Assembly (NCBI GenBank): GCA_024276605.1
Contig: JAJRWX010000033.1
Span: forward strand, 19,541 to 83,540
Direction: 5' to 3'
Length of the DNA: 64,000 bases
Source: Planctomycetota bacterium
GTDB lineage: Bacteria; Planctomycetota; Phycisphaerae; UBA1845
Below are positions 10,842 to 21,100 of the stretch, one piece after another. The notes below the pieces were generated by a model that had not been told where the DNA came from, ran no database searches, and worked only from the letters and a program-made list of their open reading frames with translations. Position numbers and translations under genes: made by a program. Every line of letters begins with the position of its first letter. Position 1 is the stretch's first letter.

Positions 10842-12203
10842 ATGAGCGTACGTATTCTTATTATCGAAGACGAAAAACTCATTCGTTGGTCTTTGCGACA
10901 AAAATTTGAGGGACGCAAATTCAACGTAACCGAGGTCGAATGTGGCAGCGAGGCTATCGAAGCGCTTGAGCAGGGCATGTTCGACCTGATTATGCTCGAT
11001 TACAAACTGCCGGACATGACCGGATTGGATATTCTTTCAAGCATACGGGAAAACGACAAAGACGTCGTTGTCATCATGATGACTGCGTATTCGAGTATTG
11101 AAAGCGCGGTCGATGCCATGAAGCTCGGCGCGTACGACTACATCACCAAACCATTCGATATGAATCAGCTATTGCGTACCGTCGATAAAGCGTTGGAAAC
11201 AACAAAACTACGACGGGAAGTGCGCGAATTGCGTAGACACGTCGCCCACGATTACGGCGTCGATTGCATTATTGGACAAGACGCATGTATGGTCGAGTTG
11301 TTCGACATCATCCATCGCGTGGCGGAAAGTGGGGCGTCTACGGTATTTTTACGCGGAGAATCCGGAACCGGCAAAGACCTCGTAGCCCGCGTGGTCCATT
11401 ATAGCTCCGACCGCGCACCGAAACCATTCATGAACATCACTTGCACGGCACTATCTGAAACACTGCTTGAGAGTGAACTATTTGGCCATGAACGAGGCGC
11501 GTTCACCGATGCCAAGACCCAAAAGAAAGGATTGTTCGAATTAGCTGACGGCGGCACGATTTTTCTCGATGAGGTCGGCGATATGCCACCCAATTTGCAG
11601 GCCAAATTACTGCGATTTCTTGAAGACCGTATGTTCAGGCGCGTCGGCGGATCGCAGGAAATCACGGTCGATGTACGTATTATCGCCGCGACCAATCGCG
11701 ATATAGAAAAAGCAATCCAAGAAGGTCACTTCCGTAGCGACCTTCTCTTCCGTCTCAACGTCATTTCCATCAACTTACCGCCACTTCGCGAGCGCGGCAA
11801 CGACATCACATTGCTGACACATTACTTCGTGGATCGTTTCGTAAAGGAATTTCGCAAACCCATCACGCAAGTCGCCAAGGAAGCGATAACCAAACTCAAA
11901 GCCTACGCTTGGCCGGGTAACGTGCGCGAACTTCGTAACGTGCTTGAACGAGCCGTTCTGCTTTCCAAAGGAGATTCGATTCAAGCCAATGACATCGTGC
12001 TGGGACGCATCGAAACCCCTAAAACAATAGAGCAAACCGGCATTACACTACCCGACCAAGGTATCGACTTGCACGACTTGGAGAGTCAACTCATACGCCA
12101 AGCCCTCGCTCGCACCAACAACAACCAGACAAAAGCCGCCAAACTTCTGCATTTAAGTCGCGACGCATTCCGCTATCGTCTCGAAAAACTTGGGATTTTG
12201 TAG
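10842..12203 (+). CDS. Sigma-54-dependent response regulator (NtrC/AtoC family)
   Basis: REC domain, GESGTGKD, ESELFGHERGAFTDA, FLDE, WPGNVREL and a Fis-type HTH. Confidence 0.95.
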   Translation: MSVRILIIEDEKLIRWSLRQKFEGRKFNVTEVECGSEAIEALEQGMFDLIMLDYKLPDMTGLDILSSIRENDKDVVVIMMTAYSSIESAVDAMKLGAYDYITKPFDMNQLLRTVDKALETTKLRREVRELRRHVAHDYGVDCIIGQDACMVELFDIIHRVAESGASTVFLRGESGTGKDLVARVVHYSSDRAPKPFMNITCTALSETLLESELFGHERGAFTDAKTQKKGLFELADGGTIFLDEVGDMPPNLQAKLLRFLEDRMFRRVGGSQEITVDVRIIAATNRDIEKAIQEGHFRSDLLFRLNVISINLPPLRERGNDITLLTHYFVDRFVKEFRKPITQVAKEAITKLKAYAWPGNVRELRNVLERAVLLSKGDSIQANDIVLGRIETPKTIEQTGITLPDQGIDLHDLESQLIRQALARTNNNQTKAAKLLHLSRDAFRYRLEKLGIL

Positions 12204-12216
12204 AAAAGTGAAAACA

Positions 12217-13764
12217 TCATGTATCGAACTGCCGGGATACGATCAGCCGCCACGCGCCCAGACCCAACCATTGCGAGGCAACACCATAGACGACCATACC
12301 CACCACAACTTCGACTACCAAACGGAGTATGGGACGCACGCCCGGGGGTTCAATGGGTAGAAGATAATCAGCCAAAAGTACCGCTCCCCCCATCAGCGCA
12401 CTAGCGATAACGACACGCAGAAAAGATGTTAGCAGGCTAAAAAACGACAAGCTCCGGTAGCGCGAGGATAATAGCACGCTCAACCACACAACCTGTCCAG
12501 CGGCACAGACCGCCGTCGATAAAGCAAGACCTCTCTCTTCCAGCGGGAATACGAGTATCAGGTTCAGCGTCAAATTGATAAGAACCATCGTGCCCGCGAT
12601 GCGTGCTGGGGTTCTACTATCGTGAGTCGCATAAAACGCCCTGACTAAAATGTGTTGTGCGAAGTACGGTACCAAGCCAAGGACATAAAACTGCAGCGTT
12701 CCGCCTACACGCAATGTTGCTTGTTCATCAAATTGCTGTCCTTGATATAGCGTAGCTACCAACGGTATCGCCACGAGCCAAAGACCAACCGAGGCTGGGA
12801 TGGCGATGATAAAACCCGCCCGCAACCCGCGCCCTACAAGATGGACAACTTGATCCCATTTTTGTTGGGCGGCATACTTCGACAACGATGGGAACACCGC
12901 CGTGGCAATAGCGATACCAAATACCCCTAGCGGTAACTGGTAAAGGTATTGCGCATAACCCAACACCGCAGGGCCTACCTGCTCACCATCCTGCACAATA
13001 AACAGATAGGCAATGATGTAATCCATCGCCGAATTAATCTGCACGGCGGATAATCCTAAGACCATCGGCGACATCAACGTAAAAACGTTACGGACCTTTG
13101 GGCATAGCAGCGGTCTCTGCACGCGCGGAAAAAAACGTACCCACCACAGGGCCAATCCCATCACCACCAGTTGTGCGAATCCTCCCAGTAGTACGCCATA
13201 ACAAACCACTTTCAACAGCGACGTGCCGGTTAGACCTAAACCGTACCCCCCCCATAGGGTGGCTGTAATGACGAAGACGTTAAGTAATACCGGCACGACA
13301 GCCGGCGCAGCAAAGTAACCCCGAACGTTGAGTACACCCCCGGCTACCGCTACGGTGCAAATGATGGGCATATAGGGGATTAGAAGTATGGCAAAAGGAA
13401 CAGAAGGATCATCCGTTACCTGTTGAACAACCCACAACACCAACCCAATAGCCATCGCTGCCAGAGTCAACCCCATCAACAGAAGACTAAGCACTGAACC
13501 GACAAATCGTCTGGCTGCGACTTCACCCTCCTTCTCAATGGATTCCGTAAGCACGGGAATAGTCGCGGCGGATAGTGCCCCTTCGCCGAATAACCTGCGG
13601 GCGAGGTTGGGCAACATAAACGCGACGCGAAATGCGGAATATTCGCCGGATGTTCCTAATAGCCGACTGAATGCCAGTTCCCGCAATAGACCCATCGCGC
13701 GGGACAGAAGCGTTAACGCAGCTATGGTTCCGGCTGATCTAAGCTCTCGCTGTGCAGGTGGCAT
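12217..13764 (-). CDS. murJ: Lipid II flippase MurJ (MviN)
   Basis: TLLSRAMGLLRE, AFMLPNLARRLFGEGALSAA, YQLPLGVFG, RAFYA..D.RTP; multi-TM. Confidence 0.93.
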   Translation of the reverse strand: MPPAQRELRSAGTIAALTLLSRAMGLLRELAFSRLLGTSGEYSAFRVAFMLPNLARRLFGEGALSAATIPVLTESIEKEGEVAARRFVGSVLSLLLMGLTLAAMAIGLVLWVVQQVTDDPSVPFAILLIPYMPIICTVAVAGGVLNVRGYFAAPAVVPVLLNVFVITATLWGGYGLGLTGTSLLKVVCYGVLLGGFAQLVVMGLALWWVRFFPRVQRPLLCPKVRNVFTLMSPMVLGLSAVQINSAMDYIIAYLFIVQDGEQVGPAVLGYAQYLYQLPLGVFGIAIATAVFPSLSKYAAQQKWDQVVHLVGRGLRAGFIIAIPASVGLWLVAIPLVATLYQGQQFDEQATLRVGGTLQFYVLGLVPYFAQHILVRAFYATHDSRTPARIAGTMVLINLTLNLILVFPLEERGLALSTAVCAAGQVVWLSVLLSSRYRSLSFFSLLTSFLRVVIASALMGGAVLLADYLLPIEPPGVRPILRLVVEVVVGMVVYGVASQWLGLGAWRLIVSRQFDT

Positions 13765-13889
13765 TATCTAAGCACGCTATCCTGCGCTCACCATCCCCGC
13801 AAGGGAATATCATGAGGTGATCGGTCGAATTAAGCCAACATCGCATGAGTGGGGCGGTCTTCAATGCTGTTGACTTAACGCGGTGGGTC

Positions 13890-13951
13890 GTAGCGCAGGC
13901 TTCTAGCCTGCTTTATGATCGCGGACTGAGCAGGCAAGATGCCTGCGGTAC
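13890..13951. repeat. GTAG-type REP doublet
   Basis: GTAGCGCAGGCTTCTAGCCTGC ... GCAGGCAAGATGCCTGCGGTAC: two small hairpins in inverted orientation. Confidence 0.65.
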
Positions 13952-14362
13952 AAACCTAAGTCAACGGCATTGGGGCGGTCTTTGGCCATGTTGGACCCCG
14001 TTCCCAGTTGGTTGCGTTTCGTTTTCTCACGAGGGAGATCTACCGGTTTCACACCGACACCTAAGGGTATGTAGCCGAAGTCCGGGGTTGGATCGCTATA
14101 CTTTTCCTAAATTCGCATAAAAAGTTATTGACAAATGGAGTTAAGAAGTTACCAAAGCTACTGCCTGGGTTGGCAAATGTTGTGCTGGACAGTATGGGAA
14201 TGGTTTTTTGCGGTTTGCGACAAAGACCCATTGTATCTCAAAGCACGTGAACCTGAGGTTTTTTATCGCGAACGCCCGGCTGGTCGGGATTGAAGTCGTT
14301 CGCCGCTCAATTTGATGAGCACAGAAAATGAATGGATCTAAACGAAATGGGAGATTCAGCTG

Positions 14363-14701
14363 ATGGCACATATAGTTGCTGAGCCTTGTATCAATTGCAA
14401 ATACACCGATTGCGTCGCCGTTTGCCCGGTGGACTGCTTTCATGAGGGTGTCAATTTTCTAGCGATCGATCCGGAAACGTGCATCGATTGCGGACTATGT
14501 CCGCCGGAATGTCCAACGACGGCTATTTTCGCAGAAGAAGACCTGCCGGACCAATGGAGTAATTACATCGAACTCAACGCCAAATATGCAAGCGATTGGC
14601 CTGTCATCGACGCGCAAAAAGAGCCTATGACCGGGGCTGATGATGCCGCCAAGGATGAAGACAAGCTCGATCAGTTGGATCAAAACGGCTTCGCCGGCTA
14701 A
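14363..14701 (+). CDS. fdxA: 7Fe/dicluster ferredoxin (FdxA/DUF3470 type)
   Basis: [18 protein letters not shown] and [12 protein letters not shown]. Confidence 0.92.
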   Translation: MAHIVAEPCINCKYTDCVAVCPVDCFHEGVNFLAIDPETCIDCGLCPPECPTTAIFAEEDLPDQWSNYIELNAKYASDWPVIDAQKEPMTGADDAAKDEDKLDQLDQNGFAG

Positions 14702-14936
14702 GAGCGTACCCCACTGTTAGTGTCTGCATGGCTAAGCACCTGTACAGGCATATGCTACCCAATTATGACCACAAGTCGTAACGCGGGGTTACGTTGCGCA
14801 GTCGATATAATCGGACGTGCATATCACTTGACGATGTTCATCTGATAAGCTAAAAGTTCCGCTCTGCGAGTGTGTTTGAGAAGTGCTGGAAGTGTATCAC
14901 AGTTACGTATGGTCAGCATAAGCTGTCTAACAAACT

Positions 14937-15010
<74 letters not shown>

Positions 15011-15296
15011 TTTTCCTCTTTCCACACCGAATATCCCTTCAGGTGTATTATACACTTTCATTGATAACGGGAGGCAGCCTGTCAGCCTGCCGGTGATGGA
15101 TGAAATATAAAACCCCTTAGGGCTAGTCCCTGGTGGTCCAGCAAGATCATGGCCTGCCACACCACGCCATCTTATCACCCGCTCGACGTTGACTACTGGC
15201 CTAGGGACCATTACGTATTGCAAAACGTGCTAACGACGTCTAGTATGGATGTTCAGCGCGTCATTTTGGGTAAGTTTTTGTAACGGGAGGTGAATC

Positions 15297-16544
15297 GTGT
15301 CACAATCGTCGCCGCAGCAATCCTATCTCTTTACGTCTGAGTCCGTATCCATGGGACATCCGGACAAAGTTTCGGACCAGGTGTCCGATGCGATTCTAGA
15401 CAGCCTGCTCGAACACGACCCGCTCGCCCGCGTGGCTGTAGAGACGCTAGTCACGACCGACTATTGCATGGTCGCTGGTGAGGTGACGGTTCACAATGAC
15501 GACGCGAGAAAAGCGCTGGATAACGTAGAACAGACTGCCCGTGAGGCATTGCTTCGTATCGGCTACACATCTGATGATATTGGATTTAATGGTAGCACAT
15601 GCGCATTCGTATCACGTATCCACCCTCAATCTGAGGACATCAGTCTGGGTGTTACCCAAGGTGCAGGTCTGCACGACGAACAGGGGGCTGGCGATCAGGG
15701 CTTGATGTTCGGTTTTGCCTGTGATGAAACCAAACAACTCATGCCCTTACCCATTCACTTGTCCCACCGCCTGGTTGAATACCTGGCGGAAATGCGCGAA
15801 ACGGGTGAAATCAAATGGCTATACCCTGACGCGAAATCGCAGGTAACTGTAGCTTATGAAGGCGGCGTACCTGTTGGGTTGCACACGATTGTCATTTCCA
15901 CCCAGCACTCCGCCGATGTGGTGGACCCGGCAACGAATCACTTAAGTCAACAAGCTCAAAACGAAATCATCAACAAAGTTGTCAAACCCGTGATTCAACG
16001 AGAGTGCCCACAGTTAGGTGATAACAATGTCATTTACCATATCAATCCAACTGGAAAATTCGTCATTGGTGGACCACACGGTGATTGCGGATTAACGGGT
16101 AGAAAAATCATCGTTGACACATACGGCGGTCGTGGTCGTCATGGCGGCGGCGCTTTTTCCGGTAAAGACCCTTCCAAAGTAGATCGCTCTGCTGCCTATA
16201 TGGCCCGCCATGTAGCCAAGAACATCGTCGCCTCGGGATTGGCCAAGGAGTGCGAGGTGCAGCTGGCTTATGCCATCGGTGTGGCTGAGCCGGTGAGCGT
16301 TTTCATCAACACCTTTGGTACCAGCGAACTTAACGAGCAGGATTTGGCAAACATTGTACGAGCCATTTTCCCACTCACGCCGGCTGAAATTATTACCTAT
16401 CTGAACTTACGCCGACCGGTATTCTCTGAAACCGCACGCCATGGTCATTTTGGCCGAGATGGTGCAAACTTTACATGGGAACAAACCAATCGCGTCAATG
16501 AGCTGTGTGAAGCTGCCCGACAACTTCAGGTGGCTCCGTCCTAG
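15297..16544 (+). CDS. metK: S-adenosylmethionine synthetase
   Basis: FTSESVSMGHPDK, GAGDQG, GGPHGDCGLTGRKII, GGGAFSGKDPSKVDRS. Confidence 0.98.
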   Translation: MSQSSPQQSYLFTSESVSMGHPDKVSDQVSDAILDSLLEHDPLARVAVETLVTTDYCMVAGEVTVHNDDARKALDNVEQTAREALLRIGYTSDDIGFNGSTCAFVSRIHPQSEDISLGVTQGAGLHDEQGAGDQGLMFGFACDETKQLMPLPIHLSHRLVEYLAEMRETGEIKWLYPDAKSQVTVAYEGGVPVGLHTIVISTQHSADVVDPATNHLSQQAQNEIINKVVKPVIQRECPQLGDNNVIYHINPTGKFVIGGPHGDCGLTGRKIIVDTYGGRGRHGGGAFSGKDPSKVDRSAAYMARHVAKNIVASGLAKECEVQLAYAIGVAEPVSVFINTFGTSELNEQDLANIVRAIFPLTPAEIITYLNLRRPVFSETARHGHFGRDGANFTWEQTNRVNELCEAARQLQVAPS

Positions 16545-16711
16545 TGTTTTGTCACAGCTAAGAATTCGGGTGGCATGGGTAAGTCCCGATGTATCCCGAT
16601 GTAAAGTCGGGATACATCGGGACTTACCCGTGTAGTTCCGGAGGCCGACACGGGCAAAAAAAAACGTTGCCCATGCCACCCTGGATGAACCCGAACATTA
16701 AGCCGTGACAC
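16541..16711 (+). mobile_element. ~170-bp MITE-like element, copy 1
   Basis: CTAG end, GTCACAGCT...AGCCGTGAC subterminal inverted repeats and a central 23-bp-arm palindrome. Inverted copy at 23254-23422. Confidence 0.75.
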
Positions 16712-16737
16712 TTCCGGCGGCTTCAGGACCATCCCTC

Positions 16738-16987
16738 GTTGCAGCCTGAAGGGCTGATCGATAGTAGCCGTGGGCAAGTCCACCGCAGGCGGACGCCGCC
16801 CACGGTAAACCCAACATGCGTTCCATTCGACCCTGCAGGGGTCGCACAAGCGCCACGTCGCGCACCTCTCGCGGAATAGACGACCCATTCAGGGTCGAGC
16901 GTCTTGGTGTTGGAGCAATCCGGTGGCGGCGTCCACCTGAGGCGGGCTTGCCACCGGCTACTCCAGAGCAGGCCTTCAGCCTGCAAC
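16738..16987. repeat. ~250-bp nested inverted-repeat element (REPIN-like)
   Basis: GTTGCAGCCTGAAGGGCTG..GTAGCCGTGGGCAAG arm mirrored by CTTGCCACCGGCTAC..CAGGCCTTCAGCCTGCAAC. Two internal CGACCC-N5/6-GGGTCG hairpins. Confidence 0.75.
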
Positions 16988-17173
16988 AACTGCCACCGAT
17001 TCCGTCACGGACCCGACAAGCACAACCCATACCTGGCCTACTGGGCGACACACAGCACCTAGTATATCATACGGTACGATCGGGCGATAACATAAGACTC
17101 CGGCTAAGGGTGCTAATAAAGCCGGTGATTGGCAGATGGAATTGATGAGCTATATAGAATACGGAGAACGGAC

Positions 17174-17932
17174 ATGCAGATTATGAGTAGAACCATCCTC
17201 GTTGCTTCGCTTGTAACAAGTGTTATGTGTGGTAGCACTAACGCAACGCCGGTACCGACATTTTCCTTGGAAGCGGCGGCCATAAACGACGTGCCCCTTC
17301 CGCAGGGCACTGCCACTTCCATAGAAGTTCTGCCTGGTGATCGATTAATGCTTGAAGTGTACATCCGCGATTGGTCGCCGAACGGTCAAAAGCTCATCGC
17401 CTGTCAGGCACAAATCAATCCAGCTAGTTTTAGCAGTGGAAAGAAGGGTTTTATCGAGCCTTTCGGGTATAATGCCGCCAGGTTAGCAGGCACGGACAAC
17501 CCGACACAGTGCTTTATTGATCAGAAACACCCCAAATATATTTTCCAAGACAAGGTCACCATCCCCGTTACGGATACACGATCGGAAGGATACCGCTGGC
17601 TAAGTGCACTCATCAACATGCAAGGCCCCCAATCAAAACAGGACGGGGCCAAGTATTACATGGGATCTATACACATGCTGGTATCGGGGAATGCCCAAGG
17701 ACAATTTGCACTATCACTGATTGACAGCAAGGACTCTTGTCAAATTTTAGAAACTAGCGGTGCGCAAATTATGCCGTTTCATGTTGAATCGTTGCAAGTG
17801 TCTGTACGAAAAGCGTCTCGTGTACAAGCGATGCGCCGTCTGATCGACCTATCCAATCAACCAGTGGGTAGCCTCGACCTGTTGCCGGGAGAAGGAAGCG
17901 TGACCAATCTGTTGGCACGCAGCTCACCATAG
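17174..17932 (+). CDS. Secreted cohesin-like protein
   Basis: Signal peptide; IEVLPGDRLMLEVYIRDW..LIACQAQI...YYMGSIHMLVSGNAQGQF resembles the 2458-3051 product. GGAG RBS. Confidence 0.55.
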   Translation: MQIMSRTILVASLVTSVMCGSTNATPVPTFSLEAAAINDVPLPQGTATSIEVLPGDRLMLEVYIRDWSPNGQKLIACQAQINPASFSSGKKGFIEPFGYNAARLAGTDNPTQCFIDQKHPKYIFQDKVTIPVTDTRSEGYRWLSALINMQGPQSKQDGAKYYMGSIHMLVSGNAQGQFALSLIDSKDSCQILETSGAQIMPFHVESLQVSVRKASRVQAMRRLIDLSNQPVGSLDLLPGEGSVTNLLARSSP

Positions 17933-17960
17933 CCCCCCACATGCAAGCATCCAGCCCTCT

Positions 17961-18112
17961 GTCGTTCCCGCAAAGGCGGGAACCCAGTGCCATTGAGTAT
18001 GCACACCACGCCGCTACCGGATCTTGTCTCGATAAAACAACGCAAGTGTCACTGTCATAGCACACAATATCCGTCCCCCACCCTTTGCCAGTAGGCAAAG
18101 GATGGGGCACCC
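17961..18112. repeat. REP elements: GTCGTTCCCGCAAAGGCGGGAACCCAG hairpin plus a GGGTGCCCCATCC-family REP with the shared spacer
   Basis: Hairpin near 17961-17987. 18069-18112 matches the REP family, and the spacer CGCAAGTGTCACT is shared with 2368-2380. Confidence 0.75.
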
Positions 18113-18166
18113 GCGCCTATCTCGTTTCGAGGCGCGTGATACGATCATACGCTCAATAAAAACCGG

Positions 18167-21100
18167 CTATGGGCACGGCAGCGAACATTCACTATTTGCA
18201 ACTTCATCCAAATAGGTTAACAACTGAAACGACCTGACTGTAGCCGTGATGTCAGCCACGTTAACTAATGGCGGCACAGCAATACTACACACATTAGCGC
18301 TGCCTCGATGATCCACGGTCACGGTCAAAGTACCATTGGGATCACCAAGCGGTAAGTGATAAAACAATTGAAAACCTAATACAACCAAGGTGATGTCGCC
18401 GGCGTTGATGACGCCACTGCCGTCGGTATCGCCAAATAACTGCATCTGAACGGTTTGAGGCTGTGTTTGTACACCACCACAATCCGCCTGCACACGATAC
18501 TGCACGGGTGCGGCATTACGATCACTGGGGGTAATATCGGGGCCTGTGACGTATAGCTTACCAGGTATGCACGTTTCACCCACCACCGGGCAATCCGCAT
18601 CAATGGCACACGGTTCCAAGGATTCGCTGCAACGCATAATGGGAAGACAACTACCACCTGCACCGCAATCAGCATCCACGCTACATGTCGGCGAAAGATT
18701 GTCACAAGCCAAACCGGTCCACTGCGTCGGCGTCAACTCGCCGGCGTTAACGAAATTATCGACCAATGTCGCAGCCATGCCGTCAATCGTCCCATTAGCA
18801 TCTAAATCCACCGGGACGGGATCACCCACAAACTTAGCCAGACAAGGCCAAGTGGGAGACGTGATAAAGAAGCGGGTGGGTACCGTCCCATCAATAGGCA
18901 ACGGCTCGATGGAAAAATAACGTGATCCAACAGTAGAAACAATCGGCGGATCGCACGTGACCGCTATAATACAACCCAATTCGGCATCGCAAATTTCATT
19001 CGGTGCGCACAACGCATCGTTTGGAATACCTGTACATAATAATGGAAGCCAATTCTCATCGCAGAAATCGTTGATGGTACAGGCTATACCATCGCTGCTA
19101 CAATCCACAGGTGTACCATTCTGGCATACGCCCCCAAGACAAGTTTCATCCCCATTACACAATAAACCGTCCGGACAAGCTGTTCCTGTAGCCGCGTCAT
19201 TAGCAAGGCATGCGCCATTGCCATCACAGCTATCCGGGTTTGTGCATGCGGTATTACTCGTATCGCCACAAGTTGTACCTGTAGGTTGTTGACGATCCAC
19301 ACAGGTTACCGCACCATCACAGGTGTCCTGTGCGTCGCACTCACTAGCCGCAGGATTGCCACAAGATTGGCCACTAGGTGAGAACGGATGTGTTACGACT
19401 CCCGTCAGCGCATCACAAACGTCATCCGTACATACATTAGCGTCGAAAATTTGTGTCACTGATCCGTCACTAGGATTGCAGCATTCCGTTGCCACATTAT
19501 ACGTAGGTGTATTAGAGCAAGATTGATCAATCTCACATACATCTGTCGTACATGCATTATTGTCATCACAATCTGCCGCGATCTGACATCCAATAACAAT
19601 CGTTTCCGAGAATAGCTGACCTGTTCGATCAAATACACCCGATGTTACACGAGAATTTGAACCCTCATTGCCATTAGTACTACCAACGCACGCCGTCAAT
19701 GAAATGTTAGTGCCCGCGCCACCTGTTCCCGCAACAGCGATAAATTTAAATGTAGTAACCCACAGATCTTGTGTCACGGAGACTGTGGGCATAGGATCCC
19801 CAAGCCCAACACCGGCAAAATACAACGCATCGCCGTCAATCAGATTGAGATTGAGGTCGGCACCATCACTAATAACACCGAATGCACTCATATCCCAGTC
19901 ATACTGTCCGACAGGACAATCATTGAGTGGATCGATTGTCCCTGTGCACGGATCGTTAATCGTTGGCGCAACTGCTCCACCAATAACTGATGGATCCCAT
20001 AACAACGCTGCCTCCACAGTACTGATATTTCGACTCGACGTACTCACCAGCGCATCGATAGATAATTCCAAGCGAATGTCGATTGTCTCACCTACAGCAT
20101 AAAAACTACCGCCGCTTTGTGGAGGATTCGCAATTAAGCGCATTTCAACGTTTTCATTCAATTGGCGATTGCCACCCAGACAAGTACCGTTTACACACTG
20201 ATCGAACTGCGTACACCCATTTCCATCGGAACACGGATCACTCCTAAAGCAAACACCCGACTGCGTATTGCATTGAAAACCTAGGGGACAAGAACCCGGC
20301 GTACAAACAACTTGCTCAGGAATTTTAAATTCGCACAATCCACTAGTTGGATTACAGACGTTGATAAGGCACTCTTGAATTTGTGGACAAGTTACAGGTG
20401 TATCAAACTCGCATACACCGCTATTACACGCGATGGGATTGCATAAATCGAACTGTGGAACACAGGTCTCCCCACTTGGACAATCCGCGGTGTCGAGGCA
20501 TATCGTACCGGATACGTCGCAGGCCTTACAATCAGAGCTAACGTTACAATCAACACAGACATTGTTACCTTCGTCGCATATCCCACCTGTCAAACACGGC
20601 GAACCACTATTCGTACATGTGCCATCCTGTTCACAATTATCCACAGCCGTACAAAAAAGGTTATCATCACATAAGACATCGTTTTGAGTCGAGGCGCAAA
20701 TATGAAAGACAGAAAGGCAGTCCCAGGTAATACATCCGAAATCGCCGGGACATTCGAAACGATTCGTACAATTACCGCAGATAAAGCCACCCGGATTTTC
20801 AAAACAGATGGGTAGCACTCCTGAGCATGGGCTAGTACCACCACACACACCACCGGTACACACACCCGGCTCTATTACCGCATTGACCAGCGCCTCCGTG
20901 CAATACAGACCATCGTCACAGACTGTGCCATCCGGGGAGAAAGCTGTGGGGTTGCTACAGACACCGCCCAGGCACGTACCAGCGTCGATACATTGATTCA
21001 CTTCTGCGCACGGTATGCCATCGGTTTGGTTATTAGTCAAACAAACACCATTGCCATCGCACGTGTCAGGTGTAGTACAACTTGAGCTGCTTGGATCACC

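Noticed and set aside
14171-14186. Possible sigma-54 promoter upstream of the ferredoxin (TGGCAAA-TGTT-GTGCT)
   Set aside because: GG-N10-GC spacing is right, but there are three mismatches, and a TTGACA nearby suggests sigma-70 instead.
16407-17145. Several 60-117 aa ORFs after metK
   Set aside because: They overlap MITE/REPIN palindromes and show no protein-like motifs.
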